Positions 13,419 to 21,426 of a stretch of DNA of 33,317 bases are shown piece after piece. The stretch comes from Eubacteriales bacterium (lineage in GTDB: Bacteria; Bacillota; Clostridia; Oscillospirales; RGIG5299), in assembly GCA_045648325.1 (NCBI GenBank), contig JAZRNU010000097.1, positions 1 to 33,317 on the forward strand. Direction: 5' to 3'. Both the position numbers and the translations under genes were made by a program. Every line of letters starts with the position of its first letter. Positions within the stretch are counted from its first letter, which is position 1. The notes beneath the pieces are model-generated. The model was not told the origin of the DNA, did no database searches, and saw nothing but the letters and a program-made list of their open reading frames with translations.

Positions 13419-13988
13419 TTATTTTTCGTCTTTAAAAAGATTTCTGTAATCGTCAAGAGTGGTGGGTTTGAATTCGTCAAACGAAAGAGCGCAGCTTACG
13501 CTTTCATCATCATTTACATAACCGCGCAAATAATTGCCCACCAAATAATACGGACCAATATCAGCATACTCTTCTTTATACTCTACAAAAGCAACTATGG
13601 TTTCATCAAGTTTCAAAAATCCGCCCGCTGTAACATCAACCGTTCTCACGATTTTTGTCATCTGAACAACGGTAATTATATCTCCTTTTTTCAGATCACC
13701 CGATATTCCCTCAATTACCTCTACCGTGGAAACCCAAATATCATCTATGTTATCACCAAACATTTCATCGAGTTCCTTGTCAATGAATTCGGGGTCTTTT
13801 ATCAGCTTACAGCTTAAAACCTTGCCGACAATGACGTCCTTCACCTTCATAACGTCTTCAAACGTCATAGGTCTCTCCAGCTCTTGTGTCGTAACCGTTT
13901 CATCGGGGTAAACTATTTGGGGAGAGCAAGAGGAAAATATAACGGCTGTGAGTAAAGCCAAGGCTACTAATAACGTTAGTTTCTTCAT
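13419..13988 (-). CDS. Small lipoprotein of unknown function, translationally coupled to the upstream metalloprotease
   Basis: I prefer the ATG at 13986-13988 (MKKLTLLVALALLTAVIFSSC|SP, lipobox) over the GTG at 14000. GAAAGGTGG ribosome binding site. The ATG overlaps the protease TGA (ATGA). Confidence 0.75.
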   Translation of the reverse strand: MKKLTLLVALALLTAVIFSSCSPQIVYPDETVTTQELERPMTFEDVMKVKDVIVGKVLSCKLIKDPEFIDKELDEMFGDNIDDIWVSTVEVIEGISGDLKKGDIITVVQMTKIVRTVDVTAGGFLKLDETIVAFVEYKEEYADIGPYYLVGNYLRGYVNDDESVSCALSFDEFKPTTLDDYRNLFKDEK

Positions 13989-15739
13989 GGATTTTGCCAC
14001 CTTTCTATAATTCGTTCTTTATCAACGCGTGTAGGAAACATTATTCTGTGATCATCATAATCATCGTAATTCATCACGGAATATGCGTTATTTATGCTTC
14101 TGCCGTTTGAGTCATGTCCTATACCAAGTGCATGTCCCAACTCATGAATCATTGTATAAATCAATAAATTTTCATCATATGGTGTTTTTTCTTGAATATT
14201 ATCTACAAAAATCAATATGCTAAAACTCGTAGATCTTCCCAGAGTCGTACTATAATAGCCTTGATACATTCCGTAAACATTTTCATAAGCATTTCCTAAT
14301 GTATCTGAATCCATAAAAACAAATGTACCATTCGCTGTTTCATCAGTTGCGAAACCGAGAACAACTCCGGTTCCAAGGTCATTCCATGCATCTATTGCAA
14401 GTTGCATTTCCTCGTAATATTCGGCATTGTACCTTATTAAGATAGGTTCTTCAACCATTGCATAATCCCAATAATCGCCAGCTACAAAAAGATCATCATC
14501 TTCATTAAGCGCTATTCCCCACTCATTACGCGTAATTCCCTCTATATAACATGGCCCGACACTCCAAGCATAAGGTGTTTCTGAGATTTCTACAGTATTA
14601 TTTGATGATATCGATAAATATTTACCTGCTGATGCTTGAATAAAATAATATTTATTATTGGGAGCATTTTCAATACGCCAATCAAGACCAATATAACTTT
14701 GCGCTGAAGGAGAGTATATTCGGTAATATCCGGTAGCAGGATAATATGTAACTTTGAAATCCTGACTTGCATTGCGTTCGGAATTCTGCGATAGAGTACC
14801 ATTGCAATTATAAACCAATGAACCACTGTAAATCTTTATATGGTCATCTACGAGGGGATGTTGCAATGAAGAAACAAAGCATGTAGCGTAAACATTATTA
14901 TTTACGCGCGCAGTAATCGTTGCAGTGCCCACGCTTTGCATTGTTACCAAGCCGCTTTGATTTACTGTGGCAACATTTGGATTATCCGTTGACCATGTAA
15001 TTGATGAATTGGAATAGCTTGGATATAGCGTAGCAGTAAGTTGATACACATCTCCAAATGAAATCATAGCATGACTTTTATCAAGAGATATTGATGTTGC
15101 AATATCCCCTCTCTCCAATGCCCAGCTCTGATTCAAACCGCCGTGAAAGCTTCCAAGCTCAACGTTATTGTTGGTTTGAACCTCCATTGCGTATTGAGGT
15201 TTACTATTTATCTTAAAATGGAAAGAATCCACTACCGCGGAATATACTATCTGCCACTGACTTGAATTTTCATCGCCGGGATTGAAAATGTGTATATTCG
15301 CTCCGTCGGTTATTTGAGAAAGATTCGTGCTGTTTACGTCAACAACTCTGTTGTTTCCGTTACTCGATACCATTGGTTTAATATAATAAATATCGTTTGC
15401 GGAATCGTAAACTATGCGAAATAGCTGTTCAGTTCCTCCCGTTGCGTCGGCTACCGATACATTATTCATATTTGCATCGTAGTTTCCGCTGCTGTTCGGG
15501 TTTACTGTAAGATATTTGTTGCCGCTACGTTGCTTAATTCTGTAAACCGCACCGCTTACCACCCCTTGGGCTTGGGCAGCTACCGCAACGTTTTCTTCGG
15601 CGGGGATAGCTTCTGTTATGATTTCGTTTAAAGTCGAATTCTCCTGATTTTCGGCATAAACGTTAGCGAAGGAGAAGAGTGAAACGAAAAGCAAAACAGT
15701 TGTTGTTAAAATAGCAAGAATTTTGTTGACTCGTGTCAT
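13985..15739 (-). CDS. Secreted multidomain metzincin zinc metalloprotease (ricin-type lectin + Big_2 + catalytic domain)
   Basis: Signal peptide ending SFANVYA|EN. Beta-trefoil QxW-like motifs (EQLFRI, SQWQIV, NQSWAL). A Big_2-like segment (ISLDKSHAMISFGDVYQLTATL...ITWSTDNPNVATVNQSGLVTMQSVGTATITA). C-terminal HELGHALGIGHD (HExxHxxGxxHD) with a candidate Met-turn SVMNY. Confidence 0.85.
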   Translation of the reverse strand: MTRVNKILAILTTTVLLFVSLFSFANVYAENQENSTLNEIITEAIPAEENVAVAAQAQGVVSGAVYRIKQRSGNKYLTVNPNSSGNYDANMNNVSVADATGGTEQLFRIVYDSANDIYYIKPMVSSNGNNRVVDVNSTNLSQITDGANIHIFNPGDENSSQWQIVYSAVVDSFHFKINSKPQYAMEVQTNNNVELGSFHGGLNQSWALERGDIATSISLDKSHAMISFGDVYQLTATLYPSYSNSSITWSTDNPNVATVNQSGLVTMQSVGTATITARVNNNVYATCFVSSLQHPLVDDHIKIYSGSLVYNCNGTLSQNSERNASQDFKVTYYPATGYYRIYSPSAQSYIGLDWRIENAPNNKYYFIQASAGKYLSISSNNTVEISETPYAWSVGPCYIEGITRNEWGIALNEDDDLFVAGDYWDYAMVEEPILIRYNAEYYEEMQLAIDAWNDLGTGVVLGFATDETANGTFVFMDSDTLGNAYENVYGMYQGYYSTTLGRSTSFSILIFVDNIQEKTPYDENLLIYTMIHELGHALGIGHDSNGRSINNAYSVMNYDDYDDHRIMFPTRVDKERIIERWQNP

Positions 15740-15836
15740 TTTAGACCTCCGTTAATATTAATTTCTTTTACAGAAGCTTTACATTACCATTGGACTCACC
15801 ACTTTTAATCAAATTTTAAGCTGTTCGCTTGTTTAT

Positions 15837-15864
15837 ATTATACCATATTCGCCCAATTTGTCAA
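15837..15864 (-). promoter_or_regulatory. Strong sigma-A promoter of the metalloprotease gene
   Basis: On the minus strand: TTGACA (15859-15864), 16 nt, TGG-TATAAT extended -10 (hexamer at 15837-15842). The leader is about 90 nt. Confidence 0.6.
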
Positions 15865-15974
15865 CCTCATTATGCAATTTTTGTGAAAACTGCACAAAAA
15901 TCTGTTTTAAAAGCCGCAATTTGCGGTACCCCATATAGGGGGGGATAGCGGAGTGCGGCATATTTTTTGTGCAA

Positions 15975-16007
15975 ACTAAACAAAATCCCCCTGCCAAAAG
16001 CAAGGGG
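15975..16007 (-). terminator. Possible terminator of the yerC-hslO-DUF362 operon
   Basis: On the minus strand: CCCCTTGC, TTTTG loop, GCAGGGG (one bulge), followed by GATTTTGTTT. The stem is imperfect. Confidence 0.35.
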
Positions 16008-16017
16008 AAAAGAAAAT

Positions 16018-17100
16018 TTATTTAATTATTTCAAGCTCGTATTCTCTTGAGCCTAGTCCCTCGTTTTCAAGTGCCGCCACCTGCACGAAGGGGTCCTTTC
16101 CGTGAAGGCGCTCAAAAAGATGTCCCTTCTCTCCAAGCTCCTTGCCCGCGGGCACGCCCTCCTTAATAAGGTTTTCAAACTTAATAAGATCAAGGCTCGC
16201 CTGCTCAACCGAAACTATCTTTTCGCCGCCTATAATGCCAATATCGGGCACGAGCGAGGGAGTGGTCATTCCCCAGCAATCGCAAAGGGCGGTTATCTGG
16301 GTAAGCACGTTTATAAAATAGACGTTTTCGCCAAAAGGCTCCAGAATCGTTTTGGTGGCAAGCGCCATTCCCTTTTGGAAATCAAAATATCCGTCAGCAC
16401 GCATCTCTATTGCATTTTTGGGGCAAACCTTAACGCAATGACGGCAAAGGGTGCAATGGTGGTAATTTATGCGGTATTTTCCGTCTTTAAAGCTGTTTGC
16501 ATAGTGGTTGCAGGCGTCAATGCATTTGTTGCAGTGAATGCACTCGTCGGCATTCCACACAAGGCCGCCCTCAAGTCCGTGAAGCTCGCGACGGGTACGG
16601 TCGGTAACACAGCCCATTGCAATATTTTTGCAGGCGCCGCCAAAGCCGCAAACGCCGTGACCCTTGGCGTGAGAAAAATCTATAAAAAAGTCGGCATCGT
16701 AAACGTGGCCCGCAATATCAACGTGCTTAAAGGTCTTGTAATCGACCTCTTTGGTGTAGAAATATTTTCCGAAATAGCCGCAATCGTCGATCACGGGAGC
16801 GCCGAGAGCCTCCTCGGTATAGCCTCTGTTTTCAGGGTGGCGCGACGCCACGTAATGGTCGGTAAAAAAGCACTCGCCGCCCGATTCCTTAATAAAATCC
16901 GCAAGCTTTCTTGCAAAAACGGGCGGAATGGTGGAATATCCTATTCCCGAGCCAACGTGCATTTTAATACAAACCTTTTTACCGTTTACCTTTTCCGAAA
17001 GCCCGCTTTTCTTCAAAAGACGGGTAAATTTTTCGGGAAGAGTCTGGCTTGCCTCGTAACGGGTAAAGGCCATAGGGGCAAATAAAACCTTATCGCTCAT
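16018..17100 (-). CDS. DUF362 domain protein with a 4Fe-4S dicluster ferredoxin insert
   Basis: 360 aa. The N-terminus is typical of DUF362 (KVCIKMHVGSG...). Two CxxCxxCxxxC(P) motifs are present (CIHCNKCIDAC, CTLCRHCVKVCP). Confidence 0.8.
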   Translation of the reverse strand: MSDKVLFAPMAFTRYEASQTLPEKFTRLLKKSGLSEKVNGKKVCIKMHVGSGIGYSTIPPVFARKLADFIKESGGECFFTDHYVASRHPENRGYTEEALGAPVIDDCGYFGKYFYTKEVDYKTFKHVDIAGHVYDADFFIDFSHAKGHGVCGFGGACKNIAMGCVTDRTRRELHGLEGGLVWNADECIHCNKCIDACNHYANSFKDGKYRINYHHCTLCRHCVKVCPKNAIEMRADGYFDFQKGMALATKTILEPFGENVYFINVLTQITALCDCWGMTTPSLVPDIGIIGGEKIVSVEQASLDLIKFENLIKEGVPAGKELGEKGHLFERLHGKDPFVQVAALENEGLGSREYELEIIK

Positions 17101-17986
17101 TTTTCTCTCTTATCTCCTTGCTTCTCTTTTTAACGCGTAAATACATTTCAAGGTCTGCCTTTGAGAAGGTGTATTTCGTGTTGCACCAATGGCAAACGAC
17201 CTCGGTTTCCTCATCGTCCGAAAGCTTTGAAAGCTCCTCCTCCGAAAGTGTAAGAAGCATAAGCTCTATTTTTTCTCTGCTGCAGTCGCAATGGTATTTC
17301 GGCTCGATTGTTTCGGTTACCTCAAAGTCAAAGCCGTAAAGCGCCGCCTTTAAAATATCGGTGCCGCTCATACCGCTTTCAAGCATTGCAGTCACGTTGG
17401 GAAGCACCGCGATATTTTCGTCAAGCTTTTTAAGAAGCTCCTCCTCACAGCCGGGCATTGCCCAAACAACGAAGCCGCCTGCCGCCTTAACCGAAAGATT
17501 TTCGCTTTTTGTATCAAGCAACACGCCGAGCGAGCAGCAAAAAGGAGTTTGCTCGCTTTTCTGGTAGTAATCGGTAATATCTGCGGCAACCTCGCCGTTC
17601 ACAAGCGGAATCTGACCTGCATAAGGCTCTTTAAGTCCAAGGTCCTTTACAACGGTGAGATTACCGTTTTTGCCAAACGCCGAGCCAAGAGGCTCGTTTT
17701 CAAGCGGCAACCATTCGGGATTTGAGATAATTCCTCTTACCTCTCCCTTCATATTCGCCGCGGCAGTCATTTTACAGCCGCCGTCAAATCGGAATGCAAT
17801 GCTTTCCTTTTCGCCCTTTAAGGTAATGCCTATCATCGCCGCGGCGGTAAGTGCTCTGCCGAAAAGTATCTTCATAGCGGGAGAAAGTGAAAATTTTTCG
17901 TCTGCCTCCGAAACGAGCGCGCCCGTTTCAGCCGCTATTGCTATAAACTTTTTATCCTTTGATATTGCTCTTATGATTTTATCCAT
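17090..17986 (-). CDS. hslO: Hsp33 redox-regulated chaperone
   Basis: The start is taken at MDKIIRAIS (ATG 17986). The body is Hsp33-like, and the C-terminal zinc centre CDCSREK...CHWCNTKY is diagnostic. Confidence 0.88.
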   Translation of the reverse strand: MDKIIRAISKDKKFIAIAAETGALVSEADEKFSLSPAMKILFGRALTAAAMIGITLKGEKESIAFRFDGGCKMTAAANMKGEVRGIISNPEWLPLENEPLGSAFGKNGNLTVVKDLGLKEPYAGQIPLVNGEVAADITDYYQKSEQTPFCCSLGVLLDTKSENLSVKAAGGFVVWAMPGCEEELLKKLDENIAVLPNVTAMLESGMSGTDILKAALYGFDFEVTETIEPKYHCDCSREKIELMLLTLSEEELSKLSDDEETEVVCHWCNTKYTFSKADLEMYLRVKKRSKEIREKNER

Positions 17987-17996
17987 TTTAAAAACC

Positions 17997-18734
17997 TTAT
18001 CTTTCCTTTTTTGCAACAATAATAATTCGTTCGTCGTTTTCCTTTGGAGCGCGCTTTTTCAAAAACTCGCCGCCGTATATCTTCTTTATTTCAAGACCCG
18101 ACTTCAAAAGCATATCCGAAAGCTCCGAAACGGAGTAAAAGCGCTCTGAAAAGCTTTCCTCGCTTTTTTGGTATTTCCCGCTCTTATCCCTTGTAAAAAG
18201 AATGAGATAAAAATCGCAAACGCCGCTTTTTTCATTATAATCGTTTTGCCACACAAGCGAGTTTTCCTCATCTTCAAAATAATAGCAGTTGCCCGCAAGC
18301 GAGCTTTTGAATTTATGCTCGGTGTTTATATCAAAAACAAAAAGACTTCCCTTAACCATAAAAAGCGAGATGCGGTCAAGCGCCCTTTGCAATCTCTTTT
18401 TGTCGGTTATGTGGTTTACAACGTCTCCAACGGCATAGGCGCCGTCAACGGTGCCGTAAAGGTCAAGGCTCTCGGCGGATTGATTAAGCAAAAGCACGTC
18501 GCGCCCGTCGGTGGCATTTTTTGCAATTTCAAGCATCTCGTAGCTTTCGTCGCAACCGATCATCTGGTAGCCCCTGTCGCTCATAAGCGCGGTAATTTTT
18601 CCGCTTCCGCAGCCAACATCGAGAATAATCTTACCCTTTTCCTTTTTGAAAAGGCTATCTAAAAAATCGGCGCGCTTTTCCTCGTTTACACCCGAAAAGG
18701 CATCGTAAACCGAGGAGATTACGTCGTAGCTCAT
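17997..18734 (-). CDS. Class I SAM-dependent methyltransferase
   Basis: Motif I ILDVGCGSGKIT. The start overlaps the upstream stop (ATGA at 18731-18734). Confidence 0.8.
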   Translation of the reverse strand: MSYDVISSVYDAFSGVNEEKRADFLDSLFKKEKGKIILDVGCGSGKITALMSDRGYQMIGCDESYEMLEIAKNATDGRDVLLLNQSAESLDLYGTVDGAYAVGDVVNHITDKKRLQRALDRISLFMVKGSLFVFDINTEHKFKSSLAGNCYYFEDEENSLVWQNDYNEKSGVCDFYLILFTRDKSGKYQKSEESFSERFYSVSELSDMLLKSGLEIKKIYGGEFLKKRAPKENDERIIIVAKKER

Positions 18735-19018
18735 TTCTTAATATTCTCCAATGCGGTTTTATATCCGTCGGTGCCGTAGTTAAGGCAACGGTTAACGCGG
18801 GAAATCGTGGCGGTAGATGCACCCGTTTTTTCAACAATCTCGCTGTAAACGGTGTTTTCCGAAAGCATTACCGCAACCTTAAAGCGCTGCGACATTGCCT
18901 TTAATTCCGAAACGGTGCAAAGGTCCTCAAAAAAATCATAGCATTCATCGGCATTCTTAAGTGCCAAAATTGCTTTAAAGAGCAAATCGGTATCTTCGTT
19001 TCTTAATTTACTGTTCAT
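18731..19018 (-). CDS. TrpR-like YerC/YecD family protein
   Basis: 95 aa. LCTVSELKAMSQRFKVAVML...TGASTATISRVNRCLNYGTDGY matches the YerC/YecD signature. Confidence 0.85.
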   Translation of the reverse strand: MNSKLRNEDTDLLFKAILALKNADECYDFFEDLCTVSELKAMSQRFKVAVMLSENTVYSEIVEKTGASTATISRVNRCLNYGTDGYKTALENIKK

Positions 19019-19046
19019 TTTAAACCTCTCAAAAGTTGATACTAAT

Positions 19047-19075
19047 ATTTTAACACTTTAGTTTGTGAAAGTCAA
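19047..19075 (-). promoter_or_regulatory. sigma-A promoter of the yerC-methyltransferase-hslO-DUF362 operon
   Basis: On the minus strand: TTGACT (19070-19075), 17 nt, TAAAAT (19047-19052). Confidence 0.55.
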
Positions 19076-19078
19076 GAG

Positions 19079-19113
19079 AAAAAAATAAAAGCCAAGAATA
19101 TATCTTGGCTTTT
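19079..19113 (-). terminator. Intrinsic terminator of gdhA
   Basis: AAAAGCCAAGA / TCTTGGCTTTT stem (19087-19113), followed on the minus strand by TTTTATTTTTTT. Confidence 0.8.
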
Positions 19114-19131
19114 ATGAATTTATTTAACTGA

Positions 19132-20496
19132 TTAGCAGCAGCCGTATGCCATCATTGCACGTGCAACCTTTAAGAAGCCTGCAATGTTAGCGCCTGCAAC
19201 GAGGTCGTCGCCGAGGCCGTACTCGTTAGCAGCTGCAACGGAAGCAGCGAAGATGTTGTGCATGATGCTGTGAAGCTTCTCGTCAACTTCTTCTGCGCTC
19301 CAAGCAAGACGCATGGAGTTCTGAGTCATTTCAAGGCCGGAAACGGAAACGCCGCCTGCGTTAACTGCCTTGGAAGGAGCAACGATAACGTTGTTTTCCT
19401 TGAGGTAAGCAATAGCTTCGTTGGTGGTGGGCATGTTAGCAACCTCAACGTAATACTTAAGGCCGTTTGCTACCATCTGCTTTGCTTCTTCAATACCTAC
19501 TTCGTTCTGGGTTGCGCAGGGCATCATGATGTCAGCCTTAACGCCCCAGGGCTTCTGACCCTTGAAGAACTGTACGCCGAATTTATCTGCATAATCTTCA
19601 ACTCTGTTGCGGCAGGAATCGCGCATTTCGAGCATGTAAGCAATCTTTTCCTTGGTGGAAACGCCATCGGGATCGTAAACGTAGCCGTCGGGACCGGAGA
19701 TGGTGATAACCTTACCGCCGAGCTCGGTGATCTTGGTTACTGCGCCCCAAGCAACGTTGCCGAAGCCGGAAACTGCGAAGGTCTTGCCTTTGATGGTATC
19801 CTTGAAGTGCTCGAGCATTTCAACGGTGTAGTAAACTGCGCCAAATCCTGTTGCCTCGGGACGGAGGATAGAGCCGCCGAAGGGCATACCCTTACCGGTG
19901 AGAACGCCGGTGAACTCGTCGCGAAGTCTTTTGTACTGACCGAAGAGGTAGCCGATCTCTCTTGCGCCAACGCCGATATCGCCTGCGGGAACGTCGGTGT
20001 CGGGACCGATGTGCTTCTGAAGCTCAGTCATGAAGCTCTGGCAGAAACGCATAACCTCACCGTCGGATTTGCCCTGGGGATTGAAGTCTGCGCCGCCCTT
20101 ACCGCCGCCCATGGGGAGAGAGGTAAGAGAGTTCTTAAAGGTCTGCTCGAAGCCAAGGAATTTGATGATGCTTTCGTTTACAGAGGGGTGGAATCTGAGG
20201 CCGCCCTTGTAAGGACCGATTGCGCTGTTAAACTGAACGCGATAGCCGCGGTTTACCTGAACCTTGCCGTTGTCGTCAACCCACGGTACACGGAATTTGA
20301 TAATTCTTTCGGGCTCAACCATAAGGTCGATAACGCCCTTCTCGATAAATTCGGGGCTCTTTACCAATACGGGGATAAGTGACTCAAGAACCTCGCTTAC
20401 AGTCTGGTGAAATTCGATTTCGCCGGGATTGCGCTTTTTAACGTTTTCAATAACGCCTTCAATGTAGGATTTTACTTCTGCTGCTGTCATTGCCAT
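19132..20496 (-). CDS. gdhA: NADP-specific glutamate dehydrogenase
   Basis: 454 aa. KGGLRFHPSVN and PMGGGKGGADFNPQGKSDGEVMRFCQSF are the classic GDH catalytic motifs. Confidence 0.93.
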   Translation of the reverse strand: MAMTAAEVKSYIEGVIENVKKRNPGEIEFHQTVSEVLESLIPVLVKSPEFIEKGVIDLMVEPERIIKFRVPWVDDNGKVQVNRGYRVQFNSAIGPYKGGLRFHPSVNESIIKFLGFEQTFKNSLTSLPMGGGKGGADFNPQGKSDGEVMRFCQSFMTELQKHIGPDTDVPAGDIGVGAREIGYLFGQYKRLRDEFTGVLTGKGMPFGGSILRPEATGFGAVYYTVEMLEHFKDTIKGKTFAVSGFGNVAWGAVTKITELGGKVITISGPDGYVYDPDGVSTKEKIAYMLEMRDSCRNRVEDYADKFGVQFFKGQKPWGVKADIMMPCATQNEVGIEEAKQMVANGLKYYVEVANMPTTNEAIAYLKENNVIVAPSKAVNAGGVSVSGLEMTQNSMRLAWSAEEVDEKLHSIMHNIFAASVAAANEYGLGDDLVAGANIAGFLKVARAMMAYGCC

Positions 20497-20550
20497 GATT
20501 AAAAACCTCCAAATTTTCTTTTAAGCCGCGTTGGCTTTATTCTTGATACT

Positions 20551-20579
20551 ATTATACCAACAATTTTGGCGTTTGTCAA
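20551..20579 (-). promoter_or_regulatory. Consensus sigma-A promoter of gdhA
   Basis: On the minus strand: TTGACA (20574-20579), 17 nt, TATAAT (20551-20556). Confidence 0.65.
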
Positions 20580-20720
20580 AACAATAATGCAAAATTAAGC
20601 TAAAATTAACTAAAAATAATTCAACTATAAGCCATTTTAAATGTTATTGTAAAGCAGTTTTTAAAATTTTAAAATTTTTTATCTTTTTTTGCATTTTTGT
20701 TGCCGATATTGTTTTTTAAT

Positions 20721-20749
20721 TTGACTTTTAATTTTAAAAATGATATAAT
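20721..20749 (+). promoter_or_regulatory. sigma-A promoter of mntP
   Basis: TTGACT (20721-20726), 17 nt, TATAAT (20744-20749), only 35 nt before the ATG at 20784. Confidence 0.6.
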
Positions 20750-20783
20750 AAAGTTTAATGTGTAAATTTCACGAGGTGTTTTT

Positions 20784-21368
20784 ATGAACTGGCCGGTTTT
20801 TCTTTTAAATAATGTTCTGCTCGGCGTGGGTCTTGCAATGGATGCTTTTTCGGTTTCTCTTGCAAACGGCCTTAACGACCACTCAATGAAAAAGCCAAAG
20901 GCATTTCTCATCTCCGGCGTATTTGCCTTTTTTCAGGCGGCAATGCCGCTTATCGGTTGGTTTTGCGTTTCATCGCTTGCCGGTCTTTTTAAAGAATTCC
21001 AAAAATTCATTCCTTACATAGCTCTTTTGCTTCTTTGCTTTATAGGCATCAAGATGATAATCGACGGTGTCAAGTGCGGCGGCTGTGAGGAATGCAGCTG
21101 CGGAAAGCTCGGTTTTGCGGCGCTTATCATTCAAGGAATTGCCACCTCGATCGACGCCCTTTCGGTTGGCTTTACCATTTCGGAATACAACTTTTTCGAA
21201 GCAGTTCTTGCAGCGCTTCTCATTTCGCTTGTCACCTTTATAATCTGCCTTTCGGGTGTTTTCATAGGCAGAAAGGCAGGAACCAAGCTTGCGGGCAAGG
21301 CGGGAATTTTAGGCGGCGCAATCCTCATTTTCATAGGCCTTGAAATTTTCATCACGGGAATTATATAA
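20784..21368 (+). CDS. mntP: Manganese efflux pump MntP
   Basis: 194-aa polytopic membrane protein. The paired GLAMDAFSVSLANG and ATSIDALSVGFT motifs are typical of MntP/DUF204. Confidence 0.85.
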   Translation: MNWPVFLLNNVLLGVGLAMDAFSVSLANGLNDHSMKKPKAFLISGVFAFFQAAMPLIGWFCVSSLAGLFKEFQKFIPYIALLLLCFIGIKMIIDGVKCGGCEECSCGKLGFAALIIQGIATSIDALSVGFTISEYNFFEAVLAALLISLVTFIICLSGVFIGRKAGTKLAGKAGILGGAILIFIGLEIFITGII

Positions 21369-21394
21369 AATTATATAATATGTATTTAATATAT

Positions 21395-21426
21395 AAAAGG
21401 GAGCGAAAGCTCCCTTTTATTTTTTA
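21395..21426. terminator. Bidirectional terminator between mntP and the convergent 666-aa gene
   Basis: AAAAGGGAGC, GAAA loop, GCTCCCTTTT, followed by ATTTTTT. Confidence 0.75.

Noticed and set aside
15881-15897. Rex operator (TTGTGAA-N4-TTCACAA) upstream of the metalloprotease
   Set aside because: The site is 17 nt rather than 18 nt long, its right half is GCACAA rather than TTCACAA, and it lies upstream of the -35 instead of overlapping the promoter. It is kept only as a generic palindromic motif in the findings.
16102-17085. 327-aa plus-strand ORF opposite the DUF362 gene
   Set aside because: Antisense shadow of a gene with clear Fe-S motifs. Its translation has no recognisable features.
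19258-20382. 374-aa plus-strand ORF opposite gdhA
   Set aside because: gdhA is unambiguous. The long antisense frame is a codon-bias artefact.
20497-20783. yybP-ykoY Mn riboswitch expected upstream of mntP
   Set aside because: I looked for it and did not find it. The leader is too short and the region lacks any G-rich conserved core. The absence is reported as a finding.
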